Positions 1 through 13,007 of a stretch of 64,000 bases of DNA are shown here, in pieces (within the stretch, counting starts at the first letter, position 1; each line of letters opens with the position of its first letter). The notes beneath the pieces were generated by a model, which was given only the letters and a program-made list of their open reading frames with translations, ran no database searches and had not been told where the DNA came from. The DNA is taken from the NCBI RefSeq assembly GCF_026571515.1, contig NW_026859564.1, forward strand, positions 1-64,000, in the 5' to 3' direction. The translations under genes were made by a program, and so were the position numbers. This stretch comes from Ruditapes philippinarum. Taxonomy: Eukaryota.

Positions 1-2533
1 GTGTAAATCAAAAGGACTTATCCTTTTAAAAGTAAAATTAAATTCCCGAAATTTAATTTAACGTTACTCAATGGTTATTTCATTTAAAGTATATTTATAA
101 AAGTAAAATTTCAAAAAATCGGGATTCAATTTTAAATTTTTAAATTGTTTTTAATTTAAAATTATCCCCTTTGTAAAATAAGGAATAAAAACTTGGGAAA
201 CAAACTCTTAAATTTATATTTAAAGAGAATCCCCTGGTTTTATGGACAATGTTTTTGCCCCTAAAAGAGAAAACATGCAAAGTCAAGGCATGAGGTTTCA
301 AATATGATATCTCCCAAAACTTTTTGTCAGGTTTGGAATTTGAGAAAAATTCAATCTTTTAAAGGGACAAAAACTCCCCCAAAACCTAAAAAAAGGGGGT
401 TTCTCCGTTTAAAACTTTAAAAAAAAATTATAAAAATGCCCCCAATTTATTAAAAACTTTAAAAATACACTAAAAACTCCATTTGAAAATTAGAAAAATT
501 TTAAAATTGCTAACAAAGTGTCTTTTTTAAATATTAAATAAAATGTACCCACTTCCCCACAAAATAGGGTATGTCCCTTTTTTTTAAAAACAAATACATT
601 AAAAGGTGACACATTGGTCTATAGTGTCATTTAACAAACTGGCAGTTTTCTTTTAAAAAAAAAAAACAAATTAAAATTTTACCCGTATTATGGTTTTCCC
701 CTATATGGTTTTTTTATATTTCTTTTAAATTTATAAACAAGGGCTTTCAGAAAGAAAATTTTTTTTGGATTCAATAGAAAGTTAATTTTAACATTCATGT
801 ACATGGAAAAGATTTTTAAAAAAGACAAAATCTAAAAAAATTTTCAACTGTTTTAGAAGTAACTTTAAAAAACATTAGTAGTGAACTTTAAAAACAGTAA
901 ATATTGTTTTTCTAGCTCACTCGATGAAATAAAATTTTATCTTACACACAAACAAAAAAATATCCTCTATATATGTCACTATCTACACAACCTAGAGTTA
1001 CAAGTGTTTTTACCGAAAGTGACTAAGATCTTAGTTTAGTTATATAAAGTCATGTATTCGTGATTCGTGTAAATTTTATTTTAAAACCTTGGGGAAAGAC
1101 AAAGGGATAAATGGGTTTCCCAAAAAGGGATTGTTATTGGCAAAAAATTTTGGTTTAAACCCTCTTTTTCGAGTTTTTATTGGAATTGTATAAGGAAAGT
1201 TTGGGTTTTTTTGGAGGATAAAACAAAGCCCCCAATTTTTTATCAGGGCCTAGTATAATAGGGAAAGAAACCCGAGCCCCTTTCAATTTACAGAAGGGTG
1301 GGAAAACACACCAAAAACTTTGGGGTTTTTATCACGTTAAGACGTTAAAATGAATTGTGTCCTTTTGCATTGGGAAAGGGGAAACCCACTGGATAAAACT
1401 TTCCCCATGGGGAAAAAGAAAAAAGATAAAAGCATCGGCATTCCCGCATTTTAGCAAAAGGAAAAATAAAACATTGTTATACTTTTTTTGTTAAATGAAT
1501 AACTTTTTTTTTATTTTTTTGTTTTTTACCCCCTTTGTTAATGAAAAAGTCCCTTTTTTTTTCTTTAAAAAATAAAAAAAGATTAAATTTTTCCCCAAAC
1601 CAGTGTTAGGCCCGGAATGGAGGGCAAAATGTATAGTCTTTTGGTTCAAAAAAATTTTTCTTTTAAATTTTAAATCCCTAATTAAACCCGCTTTTAAATG
1701 TCCCTTGGTTACACTTTGTCCTAATGGAGAAAAAGGAAAAATTTTAAAAGGGGCGCGCGCTGGACAAAAATTTAACCAAAATTTGATAAAAAAATTAATA
1801 AAAAGGGTGTCTGCAAACGGGTTTATTCCTTCCAGGTTACCAAAATTTGGAAAAAGAGCATAAAAATTTAAAAAGTTACTGGGGTTTTATCTAACTAGTT
1901 ATCTATTTATCTTAAAGCGAATAGCTATTTTATGCTCCACTGGAAAATTCGGTGAGATACAGTTGCTGATAAGTCCGTGCCTCCGTATTCTTCCTTGGTT
2001 TCGCTGCACTTTTCTACAGTTTGCCAGAGCAAATTCATTTATCTACAGAAATCTTCTATATTTTGGAGGTGGATACTTTGCGTTGTCCTCTAACGTAAAA
2101 TATATTTTGACACTTTCTCCCTATTAGGGTGATCAAAAAGGGGTCACCAGTATTAAAATAGTTTTCAACGTTTTTGGCTTCATGTTTTGATCCTTTATGT
2201 TTTGATCGACATCTTCATATAAGATACCAACATAAAGATACATAAGGGCTGAGCTCAAAGAATTTTTTGTCAAGATAACGGTCACAGGTACATAAAGAAA
2301 TTGCGTAATTAATTTCTTTGCTAATTCAACCTCATTTTACTTGCTAATGTATCTTTAAATAGATTGATGTCTTTAAACTATGGCAGGCAAAATATATTGG
2401 AAAGGTGCTTTTAAGTTGTCAAATGTTTCAAAGTTTATTTCGTTCTAAGGCCTTCGTCCCATATACAACATTTTGCAGTATATAACAATAACATGTATGT
2501 GTTGACAGGAAGATTTAAATAATGTCGAACATA

Positions 2534-3384
2534 CGAGGGGTTATCCAAAAATTCGTGGACTTTCTTTGTTGCGTAAAATATATTTGAGATATTAATTTGA
2601 AATTCTTACACTGGCCTAGAAGAATTAATAAAAATTTTAACACGAAAATTCATGTGAGTAGCTTTTTTACATTCCAACAATATTTAATTTTACATAAACA
2701 CATGCGGCGACAGCGGCGACTCCAAAAAGTTATTGACGTCAACGTCATAATATTAACGTACAACTTGTGCTTCAACGTTACGGCAGTAATGACGGTTAAC
2801 TGCTTCTCAAAGTAATGTCAAATCACTAAATTTATTTTGCCATTTTTTAACACACTAAATGATTTGGAAATTTTCTTTTCTCTGTTCCCCGTCTGCTGAA
2901 TTTATGAAATGTTTTTAAAGGTGTAAGCCCCCAAATTACAACAAAATTTATGATCGTTATATGATCTTGCGATTTTCTAATTACCGGCGTGTCCGTCATT
3001 TACAGTTGTAAACAATAAAGGCGGTCTGGCGTTTCCTAGCGATATCAACAAAAAAAACGTAAATGACGTCCATTATTTTAAAGAATTACTTAAATGATCA
3101 TCATAGAAAAAACATGCGATGTTCAGCGGGTTTTCTACGTTATTTTTTTAAGTGTTTTTAGCAAAAATATACGATGACTTACTATGTTTTTCTACCGTGC
3201 GCCGGGTGCCGTGTATGTGCTTATTTAAAAGCAACATGAAATCATTATTAATGGACACAACTGACTGTTTCTTTCAAAATGTGTTGATAATATTCTACAA
3301 TGTATGCTGATAAAATTTCATTACAATACACGTTGCTGTTAAAAAGATATTTAAAAAGTCCACGAATTTTTGGATAACCCCTCG
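2534..3384. mobile_element. Tc1/mariner-type MITE (non-autonomous)
   Basis: Perfect 30-bp terminal inverted repeats CGAGGGGTTATCCAAAAATTCGTGGACTTT at 2534 and ending at 3384; TA target duplication at 2532-2533 and 3385-3386; no transposase ORF inside. Confidence 0.93.
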
Positions 3385-6300
3385 TACATGTATACAATAA
3401 AGTTCTAATACTGATGCTTACAGTTGTGATTAGTTAAATTTTTGACTGACTTTGGTAAACATACATTGCAATCGTTTTTATTACATCTACGTTTTTTAGT
3501 AGAAATCAACATATAAAATATATGCAAAGAATGCTTACTTTAATATTTTGATGGAATATTAAACTTCTCTGATGTACAAAGGATATGTAATTACAAAATT
3601 AGTCTCATTTTCAGTATATGTACAATTTTTACAAAATATGATAAAAAAAGATCAACAAGGAAAGGTGGCGTTCAATGAACGCAACACCCACACGACCCAG
3701 CAACAAGAACCAGCGGCAAGGAGCCCAGTTGCAAGTGAGTTACAAGGCATATTTAAATGTCTACCAATTTCAATAACGAGGTTGTAAGTAGAACAACTTC
3801 ACTACGAAATGTACTAATAGTTATACAATCAATATAAGTTTCTTCTCCAAAAGACCTGCTAAGCATAAGTATAAAATGAGTTCAGTTATAAATTTTTTAC
3901 GTTTTGTCTCCAAATGTGTAGTTATTGGTATTTTAACCTTAAAACAGATCTGAACAAACATTTCTTTTTTATTTTAATTTTCTACTTCTTGTGCTTCCCA
4001 AACATAGTTGACTCAATTCCTTTCATTTACAATATAATACGTAGTTCGTTTAAAATTATACAAGCAACTGCTATATCTAAAACAAGGCACGCCCAATGGC
4101 AGAATGTCAAGCTCGCTGGTCTTTAATCAAATTGAACCTATAAGCTTAAGATGTACATAACTCGTTTACAGTATACATAAGTGAGATTAATATATTGTTT
4201 GCAACACTTCTGCTTATACCCAAGGCAAGATATTGACATTGTATCATCTAAGGTGACCATGACTATGACTAAGTGACCTGGTTAATATGCAACGCACTCT
4301 CGTGACGAATATATGTGCCTTAAAAACTCAATGCATGATTTTTGAAAATTTTACATGCACAAAGAAGTTATGGCATAGACAAGTTCAGATGCATGTTCAA
4401 CGCAGGCGCACCCAAACAACAAAAAGCCATTTTTACAACTAGTTCGGCCTCAATAAATATCTACCGACCACTAAGCATAAAACTTCAAAGCATAAGCAAA
4501 ATACAGTGCCAACAAACAAATTTTAATTTTTCTTTTTAACTTTTGATCTCTTGTGATCTAAACATTGACCTTCATTTTGCGCGGGCCAAGTCAACTAAAC
4601 GCGGCAAAACATTTATGCTAAGTTATATTCAAATCCATCCATGCATATAGAATATGAAAAAAACGGCCATTTAGAATACTAGTCACATCCTAGTCAGAAA
4701 GAGGTTACAAAAATTCAAAATAATTCTCTCCAGTGCTTAAAATAGATTTATTTACACTTTTAAGTAATAGCCATAATTGACGGACATCTTTCATCTTTGT
4801 AGATAGGTGACGATATGTAAGGAGCGGTTTAAGCCATTCTACTTTGGTCAAGGTCAAGATTGCAGGTGCTAAAAATATTTTTATTAACTTTGCTACTGCA
4901 ACCTTCATTTTTTTATCAATGTCTTCCATATTCAGTAGGCAGATACTTTAGTTGATATTCTGGTAAGGGCTACTAGTTTCAATTTTAAAGTTTCCAGCGC
5001 TAACAAAAAATATTTCTTAAGTTTTAGTTTTGCTCATGTAGACTTTATAACCTGATAATTGTTTTTCACATTTTGAAGGTTGATACTTTGGGTGGTTTCC
5101 TTATTTTGGCAAGGTCACAGTTGCCTTAAATATTATATAAAATATTTTATAATTTTACGCTTGTGTTTGCAGAACTTTTATTTATCGACTAATGTATTTC
5201 ATATATGATAGCTATATATGATAGCTTGAGTTGACAGAGATCTATACATGTTTATATATGTTTGCCGAATGTGTATTCATGTGCTTAATGCGTCCTGGGA
5301 ATGATCACAATTATATCCGCTAATACCATATTGTCTATCACAATCAAATAAATCAAGTTCTTGACCATTGCAATAAAGACGCGAAAGCCAAATTGGACCC
5401 GATCCTGTTGGGACATTATATCCTCCAACGCCCCTTGTAAATCCAGCTGCTCTGCATGCTACATTGGCGTTTTTCTCGCCAAAGTAATTATAAGCCGAGC
5501 ATACTGTGCCCCAGTGGTTGTTATATCTGACTTCAACGCGTCCTTCGACCGCAATTTCCGTAACTACTGCGTCTGCAATACGAATATTCTTATTGCCACA
5601 ATGGAAGGTTACCTTTTTGCCTGGTTGTGCATTGATATTGAAACAACTATTATTTCCATGATCATTTGCTACATCAAGTTCTTTTTCATAAACAACTTTG
5701 AAACAGCTTGCTGGAATTGTATCCTCCGAATCCGTTTGGCGAGATGTTATAGCTGACAAACTATCTGTTTTCATGGAATGACCCTTGATAACTTCTTTCA
5801 ATATTGTTTTAGCCTTCATTAGAATTTCACTATACTCGGCTGACGTTGTTTTATTTTCACTTTCATCATAACCTTTTGCACGGGGATTCAATGTGTCTAT
5901 GAGCGTTTCCAAATTTTCACAAATACAAGATTTTGTTTTGGACCCACACTTTTCGAAATACAAAGATATATTGTTCATGAATAAGTTTTGCTTTTCAATA
6001 AATGATTCCAACTTATTAAAGGTGTTAACTTGCAAAAACAATGAATGCATTTTCAGCTCTTTAAATGCATTCTGCAATCTTTTGATATCTGACTGAGTGA
6101 TATGTGTCTTTGGGTCCTTATGTAGATCCGAGATATTCACATCTTTCTATTTCGTAGTCGGTACATTAGTATTCTTTAGAATTGATAGGGTTTCGTGAAG
6201 CAAATCAGAATGCCCGTTTATTTTTGATTCAATATTATTTATTATTCCTTCATTTTTCTGTATGCCTTCAACTAATTCTTTTATACCTTCGGCATTTTTG

Positions 6301-6685
6301 TTTATCCCTTCTTTCATTATTTGCGTATCCTGAAAAAAAATTCCAAGTTATACAGTTTACAATTTAACACCCAAAAACATCAACGTGTTATGAAAATTCC
6401 CCAATTCTAAAGCAAAACAGTAAAAAAGAAAAATTATTAACTTGACGGTTTCTTCGAATTAAAGCTCATATCTATATTTATCAAAATGATAGTCTTCAGT
6501 TGTTCTAGTATGAAAATGTTAAGTAAGGGGTATATTTTCAACGATTGGCAACTTTTACAGAGCACTCAAACTATTCTTTAAAGACTCATGCTCTCAAGAA
6601 CAGAACTTTTGACAGCATTAATATTGCAAAGTCTACTAAATGAAATGATTCGGCTTGTGTGCTTCTTCTTACTGGCGGGAAGTAA

Positions 6686-6860
6686 GTGGTGACCTAGGAG
6701 TTAAATATCTGCCTCTCAACCCAGGGATCATGGGTTCGAGCCCGTCTTGGGTCCCGACCATATTTTTTTCATATGATATCAGTACTTGTTAGTTCTCGAA
6801 CGTGATTTTTATATGTTGCAAAAACGTGTTTCGCATTTGAGCTTAAATACATTTGTTTAA
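6686..6860 (+). mobile_element. tRNA-derived SINE, degenerate, intronic
   Basis: Pol III B box GGTTCGAGCCC at 6733-6743, A-box-like TGGTGACCTAGGAGTTAA upstream, tRNA-unrelated body and AT-rich tail; no complete cloverleaf. Confidence 0.6.
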
Positions 6861-7300
6861 TATAAAAATGAATGCAACGTAGAAGTTCAATTATTGTAAA
6901 TATGAAAATAAACTAAAGAAGAACATTTGTAGATCTTTACAGAATAACGAAAACAAACAAACGCCACACAGCAATGCTCATTTCATTCAAACGAATTGTT
7001 TAAAATAGATAAATACAGAATCCCTAAAGAAAGCCCAACACGGCAAATTTGAAGACACATTTATCCTCAAAATCATTTTTTTTTTCATTCTTTAGAAATG
7101 TCACACATGCAAAATGCAATTTTGATTCCCTATGAAATACAAATGCCCTAAAGTTATAACGATTGTCAATAGAGCTATAATTGCAAAAGATGTATATATC
7201 AATGTTTTTATCCAAATATTCATATAACATGTAAGGGCTTAAAGTAATGAGACGATATAAAAAGGTCTTTGTATTAAGGTCATTACAACCATTAAATAAA

Positions 7301-7374
7301 TTCTTACAAGGTATGTATTTTATGTATTCTTACAAGGTATGTATTTTATGTATTCTTACAAGGTATGTATTTTT
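7301..7374. repeat. 26-bp tandem repeat x~3 near the 3' end of the Penelope element
   Basis: TTCTTACAAGGTATGTATTTTATGTA repeated head to tail. Confidence 0.85.
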
Positions 7375-7451
7375 TGTTAAATAACATAAAGTAAGTTTGA
7401 ATATAGAAATCAACTCCAGTTTCAATTTAAAAATGTAATTATTTTATTTGA

Positions 7452-7497
7452 AAAATATACAACGTTTCGACTCAAAAGTCTTCATCAGGTATACTTT
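7452..7497 (-). ncRNA. Minimal type I hammerhead ribozyme (Penelope-associated)
   Basis: Minus strand reads AAAGUAUAC-CUGAUGA-A-GACuuuugaGUC-GAAACGUU-GUAUAUUUU: 9-bp stem I, intact CUGANGA and GAAA core, stem II GAC/GUC, palindromic ACGU in place of stem III, GUU cleavage triplet. Confidence 0.88.
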
Positions 7498-7767
7498 GTT
7501 TACAGGAAATGACGTCAACGTCATATGACGTCAAGGACAACGACGTCAAAATGTAATACATAATTTGGCGTATAAATGTTATATGTAGGATCTTTATAAA
7601 AGATACAAAACACTGGTGGAGATGCAGTAAAAAGCAATGTAAAATAAGAAAACCAGCATAAACTACATAATGACATGAAATTAGTTTTAAGTCATATTAA
7701 GCAAAAAATAGAAATACAATTTTTTATAAAAAAAATATATTAAAATGAAGAATTATAATCCTCAAAG

Positions 7768-8379
7768 TTAATAAAGTATTTTGGAATTCATGCCATCAGG
7801 AATAATTGTACCTAGCTTATACATCCATGAAGATTCTTTTAATAATCTTTGCCAATTATTCTTTACTTTATCAATTGGCATAAATGAAAAATCCTTGATA
7901 GAATGCCCTTCAGAATTAAAATGTTCAGATACATTGGTAATAGTGTCAGGAAAGTGTTTAATATCAAATTTGTGGCTATTCATTCTTAGACTACATTTTT
8001 GCTGAGTTTGACCAACATACTGTTTTTTACATTTTTTACAAGTTATAAGATAAATGACATCTGAAGATATACATGAAAAATCACGTTTTGTAGCAAATTC
8101 TTTAGGTATAGTAGTACTTGAAAAATTATCAGTTTCAACAATATTATTACAATGAGTACAACGAGGTCGACAGCATTTAGATACTGAACCAACCATGGGT
8201 TTGGCATTTAAATGAGTATGAACTAAATTGTCTTGTAAATTTCTCGGTCTCTTATAAGCAACAATTGGTTTGTATTTGTATAATTTACGTACACTTTCAT
8301 TTGGAGAAAATTTCAATAGGTTCCAATATTGGTTAATTATTTTACCTATATTAGGTAAAGATGGATTATATGTACACAC
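7768..8379 (-). pseudogene. Penelope Cys-rich linker and GIY-YIG endonuclease fragment
   Basis: PIVAYKRPRNL, CxxxxCxxC, VIY-YVG, EHFN...H, ESSW...L.T..P.G.N motifs. Confidence 0.9.
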
Positions 8380-8423
8380 AAAGGGGATAATATTTTCACG
8401 TTCTTCTGATTTGTCTTTTAATT

Positions 8424-9422
8424 TTAATGTATCCTCCCTCGATAAAGTTGATGCTCTGGTAATTGTGTCTGTAATGATATTTTCTGGATAGTTTCTGGCA
8501 CGGAAATAACCTCGTAGTTTGTCACAGTCTTTTTCATATATGTTGTTATTTGATGTAATTTAGCCAGGCTAAATGGAATACCTTTTTTACATGACAAAGG
8601 ATGGCATGAAGGAAATTCAATATATTGATGGGCATTGATTATTTTTTCATGGACACTAGTTTCAATTTCACAGTTATCTTTCTTTTCCAAATTTACGTCT
8701 AAAAATGTTGCATTTGTTTTTGAGTAGTTATAAGTAAATTTAATAGTGTTGTGATACTTGTTAATTTCATTAAAAAATGTAATAAGCTCCTCTTCACTGT
8801 GGTCCCAAATGAAAAAAACATCATCAAGAAATCGCAGCCATATTGAGGGTTTTCTTTCACATGTATTTAAAAAGTCCATTTCAAATTTTCCCATAAATAA
8901 TGAAGCATAAGATGGTGCCATTTTAGTTCCCATAGCTGTTCCTAAATTTTGTATATAGTTATCATCACCAAACTGGAAGTTGTTTTTTGTAAGCACTATT
9001 TCGATAAGATGTAAAATATCTTTAACTGAATGTTGTTGTCCTGTTCTCTGGTTAAGGTAGTACTGACATGCTTTGATTCCATCATTATGAGGTATATTAC
9101 TGTATAAAGATGATACATCCATTGTAACTAAGAATGATTCTGTTGAAATATTTGTTATATTTTGTATTTTTCTGATAAAATCTGTAGTATCCTTGACATA
9201 TGAGGGTAATGATTCCATGTGTGGTTTGAGTATATTATCGACATACGATGATATCTTTTCAGTTAATGAACCGCATCCAGATACTATTGGTCTTCCAGGG
9301 TAACCGAGTGGTAGATCAGAATTGAATTGTTTATGGATTTTAGGTAGAATATAAAAAGCTGGAACTCTATTGCTACTATCAGGAACCAAAGATTCTTTAA
9401 TAGAGTAACTTATATTGTCCAT
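8424..9422 (-). pseudogene. Penelope reverse transcriptase fragment
   Basis: PLE RT motifs (FYILPKIHK, GRPIVS, GTAMG, RFLDD, FLDV); frameshifts on both sides. Confidence 0.9.
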
Positions 9423-9937
9423 TTGATAAATTTCCTCATAGATTTCTTTTTTAAATTGTTCAGTTGGATTATTTTCAAGTTTTCAAGCTGTCTGTAAATT
9501 TAACTCATGTATTCAGTACGGTTCATAACAACAATTACAGAACGTTTATCAGCTTTTTTTGTAATGATATTTTTGTCTTTTTGTAAGGTTTGCAAGGCCC
9601 TCAACTCTTCTGGTGATAAATTTGTTTTATATCTATTGTGTTTGCTGTTTGACAGAATTTCATTTGTTATCGCTTCAATATAAAAATCAAGATTGGAATC
9701 TCTACTAGAAGGGGGAATAAAAGTAGATTTGTTTCTCCTCTTACTGTTATTGTCATAATTATTGGTGGTATTGTTTTCATTTTCCTCACTATTTTCCTGT
9801 TTTGCTGCAAAATATTCATTCAATCAGGATTTCTTGTAAATTCAAAAACATCTTGTTTAAGTTGAAGTTTATTATGAGGTTTTGGTGTTGGGCAAAATTT
9901 TAAACCTTTAACAAGTAACAAGATTCAGTGTTATTGA

Positions 9938-10234
9938 GCTGTTTATTAGAAAGATTTATTACAGTGTCCTTACCCCTTTCTATGTCTTTCTTTATTTTCT
10001 TGTTTTTCTTCCATTTGCTCTTGTTTGTGATTCGAAGCTGTTTATTAGAAAGATTTATTACAGTATTCTTACCCCTTTCTATGTCTTTCTTTATTTTCTT
10101 GTTTTTCTTCCATTTTCTCTTGTTTGTGATTCGAAGCTGTTTATTAGAAAGATTTATTACAGTGTTCTTACCCCTTTCTATGTCTTTCTTTATTTTCTTG
10201 TTTTTCTTCCATTTTCTCTTGTTTGTGATTCGAA
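9938..10234 (-). repeat. 99-bp tandem triplication at the Penelope 5' junction
   Basis: Unit encodes RITNKRKWKKNKKIKKDIERGKNTVINLSNKQL (33 aa); copies start at 9938, 10037 and 10136 on the + strand. Confidence 0.92.
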
Positions 10235-10311
10235 CATAAAATAACAGAAATTTATTAAATGCTTCTCTTGACATGAATATTTAAGTATCAAATTTACTAA
10301 GTTATACCAGG

Positions 10312-10404
10312 TACATATTTACCAAACTCCGCGCACTGGTTACGCTACGGTCAGTATCTAATCCTGTAAGGGGAGATCACTGCGTAGGAGATTACATATT
10401 TACC
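10312..10404 (-). other. 69-bp insertion flanked by a 12-bp direct repeat that duplicates the splice donor
   Basis: TACATATTTACC at 10312-10323 and 10393-10404 (G|GTAAATATGTA on the minus strand). Confidence 0.65.
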
Positions 10405-11409
10405 TGAAATATTAGTGTCTGCATTGCCTGTAGACGTTGCTCTAGCTGCTTATGAGACAGTTTTGCACATGGTGCAGCAATAAAGCAAAGCTGCAGGATT
10501 ACTATGTGTGCACATTTCATAGTTGGATATGCCTTTTTTCAACTGTAAAAATATTTAAATCTCATAATATGTGGTATAATTTATTCTCAAATTGGCTAAA
10601 TAATCGAGCCATTTTGAGAATGAATAATATACATATATATTTTACGTCTTACGTTGCCTATATTTCTACAGAGTTAATAAAGATTTTGCCAAAATGAAGA
10701 AGATACTTTATTATATAATCAAGTAATGATTTAATATCTTCTAAAGATCTGGCATTAAACTATTAAAATCTTTTAAAAATATCATTATATTTATCATTAA
10801 GTATTAATGGCTCCTTTTCGGATTTAGAGTTCAGATCTAAAATACACGAGAGTTTCAAAAATATTATAAATGTAACAAAAAATAAAATTAGTGAAAATAT
10901 AAATAACGATGAAATATAAACTTATGTTTTACCTTCTAGTTATAGTAAAGCGAATCTGGACTTGATCTAACAGTGGTTATCACAATATCAAAGTAATACA
11001 TACAAAAAAATTTTCGAGTCGACGGGTCAAGTTAATAGCACTACTTGAGAAAAGTTAAGGCTAAAAATGTTTTGAGTTTCTTAGACATTTTTAAGTTTGA
11101 TCAAGTATGTATACGTATTTTCTAACCTTTTTTCAAGCATGTACATGTTTCTGTCATTGAAAATCTCTACTTTTATTGATATGTCTTTGCATTTTTTTAA
11201 GTTTATGTTTTACTTCAGAGATTTGTCCTCGTGTCTTTTCATTTTGAAAGTTACTTTGATAGTGAGTAAATTTTAGAGATGAAGTTTACTTACTTGTGCA
11301 CCGCACCGGTGGAATGTTTCACTCCATGTATCGTTCGAAGAAACGGTAGTGTATTCATGATGTTATATGTGTGTAGATGAATTGATGTTTTAATTATCTG
11401 CGTCATATT

Positions 11410-11470
11410 CATCATAATTATCATCATCATTATCATCTTCATCATCTTCATTATGATAGTCATCATCATT
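11410..11470. repeat. Imperfect (CAT)n microsatellite
   Basis: catcataattatcatcatcattatcatcttcatcatc... Confidence 0.8.
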
Positions 11471-12456
11471 ACTTGCCACGATAATTATTGAAATAATTAT
11501 AATAAAAATAAATTGAAAGCAGTTTATTTAAATCATTGTTCGACTCAATTATATTTTGTCACACAATACGTTTTTCAAATAGTAAAAAAAGCTCTTTCCA
11601 ACATAGATATAAAATGCTCGTTTCAAAATAAATAATTTAAAACAACGAAGTTTATGTGAACATATTGACGTCATTAGAGTCTTCGATTATTTCAATTTTC
11701 TAGCAAGTGGAATTTCTGCAACCTTGAACTACATATAACAAAGGCTTCAAAACAACTCTTTTATTACCAATACTATATGCGACTGAATATAAATATTATT
11801 TTGTTAAAACAAAGAAATTTAATATTTTCTGTTTAGGCCTAAAACACTTAAATCTATCATCCCAAATATGTGAGTACGTTAATAACTTTAAAGATGATCT
11901 TATTTTTTACATCCGACATTGGCTCATTGAACAAAGTAAGGGCTGAACCAAAATCAGCTTATCAACATGTAACATATTCATATGATAAGTGGGCAATTTA
12001 TCGTCACAATATTTATGTTGCACATTAACGTATAAAGTATTTTTGTTTAACATTGACATTAAAATGTATTCATGTTTTTATATTAGATGAGAGATAATCA
12101 TGTCATCTTGTAATGTCATAAGTTCTCCTCGTTTTCTCCCTTAGAAGCCACGTGTGTCAAGTCTACATCGTAATGTACTCGTACATTACAAAATAAACGC
12201 TTAAAACACTCCCTTTCCCTCCTGAAATGATTTTCTGCTTCTGTTGTGCTTTCTTAATTTTTATTTTCAGCTGTATCTAAGAACAAATTGCATCATGGAA
12301 ACAAGACATCTTCGCTGGATTCACATTTGTGACTGTTTACTTTGTTTCAGAGACAAGTGCTTATAGTAATTGTTATTCAGTAATGTCAATAAGTTCCTGT
12401 TAGTTGATTTCTCTTCTGATTGTCCGGAGAGAATTCAACCATGTGATGAATGATAT

Positions 12457-13007
12457 TTGAGAACCGTTCAATCCGGTGCTAGGGTGCCATGAGGGATGTT
12501 GCACTTTTCATTATCTATCACATACATGAGTCTGCAATTTTCATGTATTTTTTCTGTTTTTAATGCTTCGGGGAATCACTTTGTTGCCAGATGTTTATGT
12601 ATCAATCAGTTATTAAATTAAAAGATATGTTAACTGATCTGCATTTTGTCTCTTTTTCAAAATATAATTTTCATTGATTATATCTTATGAAACATACTTT
12701 ACTTCCGAGCTTAAGTCACGATTTTTGATAAAAGAAATACTCTTTCGACTGCTCGGAATGTAATCAGCCTTATGGGCTTTAGACATTTTGAAATCTTATA
12801 GTAAATGTATATTATTTAGGATTATCCGGAATACATTGTATTAAATGTTTTATTCAGCCATTGGACAAAATACTGCCAAAAGAAATCTAAAAATCTGGAA
12901 ACAAAGTGATCCCTCGGAAGCTTTAATCACAACAAAATTACGTGTAAATTGCATACACGGTTTGATCGAGTCTGTACATAAGGGATAATGAATAAGTGCA
13001 ACATCCC
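12457..13007. mobile_element. Putative MITE; related ends also at 20967-21051 and 52861-52895
   Basis: CCGGTGCTAGGGTGC..GAGGGATGTTGCACTT at 12473-12506 is inverted at 21003-21051 and partly at 12994-13007. Subterminal AGTGATCCCTCGGAAG is shared at ~12905 and 20967. Confidence 0.6.

Larger units (their letters stand above)
7400..10235 (-). mobile_element. Penelope-like retroelement (Neptune-type), 5'-truncated and frameshifted, in the intron of SRCR copy 1; 3' boundary approximate
   Basis: N-terminal VINLS...FCPTP motif. RT motifs PGRPIVSG, MDVSSLYSNIP, GTAMGTKMAPSYA, WLRFLDD (ORF 8424-9422). Cys-rich linker CCRPRCTHC and GIY-YIG endonuclease VIYLITC..C.KQYVGQT...RMNSH (ORF 7768-8379). Hammerhead ribozyme downstream. 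Confidence 0.93.
5277..10520 (-). pseudogene. Secreted coiled-coil/SRCR protein copy 1, disrupted. Coding exons 10520-10404 and 6329-5277
   Basis: Exon 10520-10404 encodes MKCAHIVILQLCFIAAPCAKLSHKQLEQRLQAMQTLIFQ followed by a GT donor. Phase-0 AG acceptor precedes 6329 (DTQIMKEG...). SRCR motifs EGRVEVRYNNHWGTVC, VACRAAGF, GSGPIWLSRLYC. In-frame TAG at 6149-6147, and the C-terminus ends HSQDALST*, lacking the last SRCR Cys (paralogs end CFWLP). Confidence 0.85.

Noticed and set aside
1-1900. Homopolymer-rich stretch and ORF 1603-1863
   Set aside because: An excess of A/T/G/C runs typical of low-quality consensus; the K/F/G/P-rich translation is a compositional artefact.
6686-6760. Possible tRNA gene
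   Set aside because: B box present but no acceptor stem or full cloverleaf; it continues into a SINE-like body.
9928-10239. Hydrophobic repetitive ORF on the + strand
   Set aside because: Antisense of the Lys-rich Penelope triplication.
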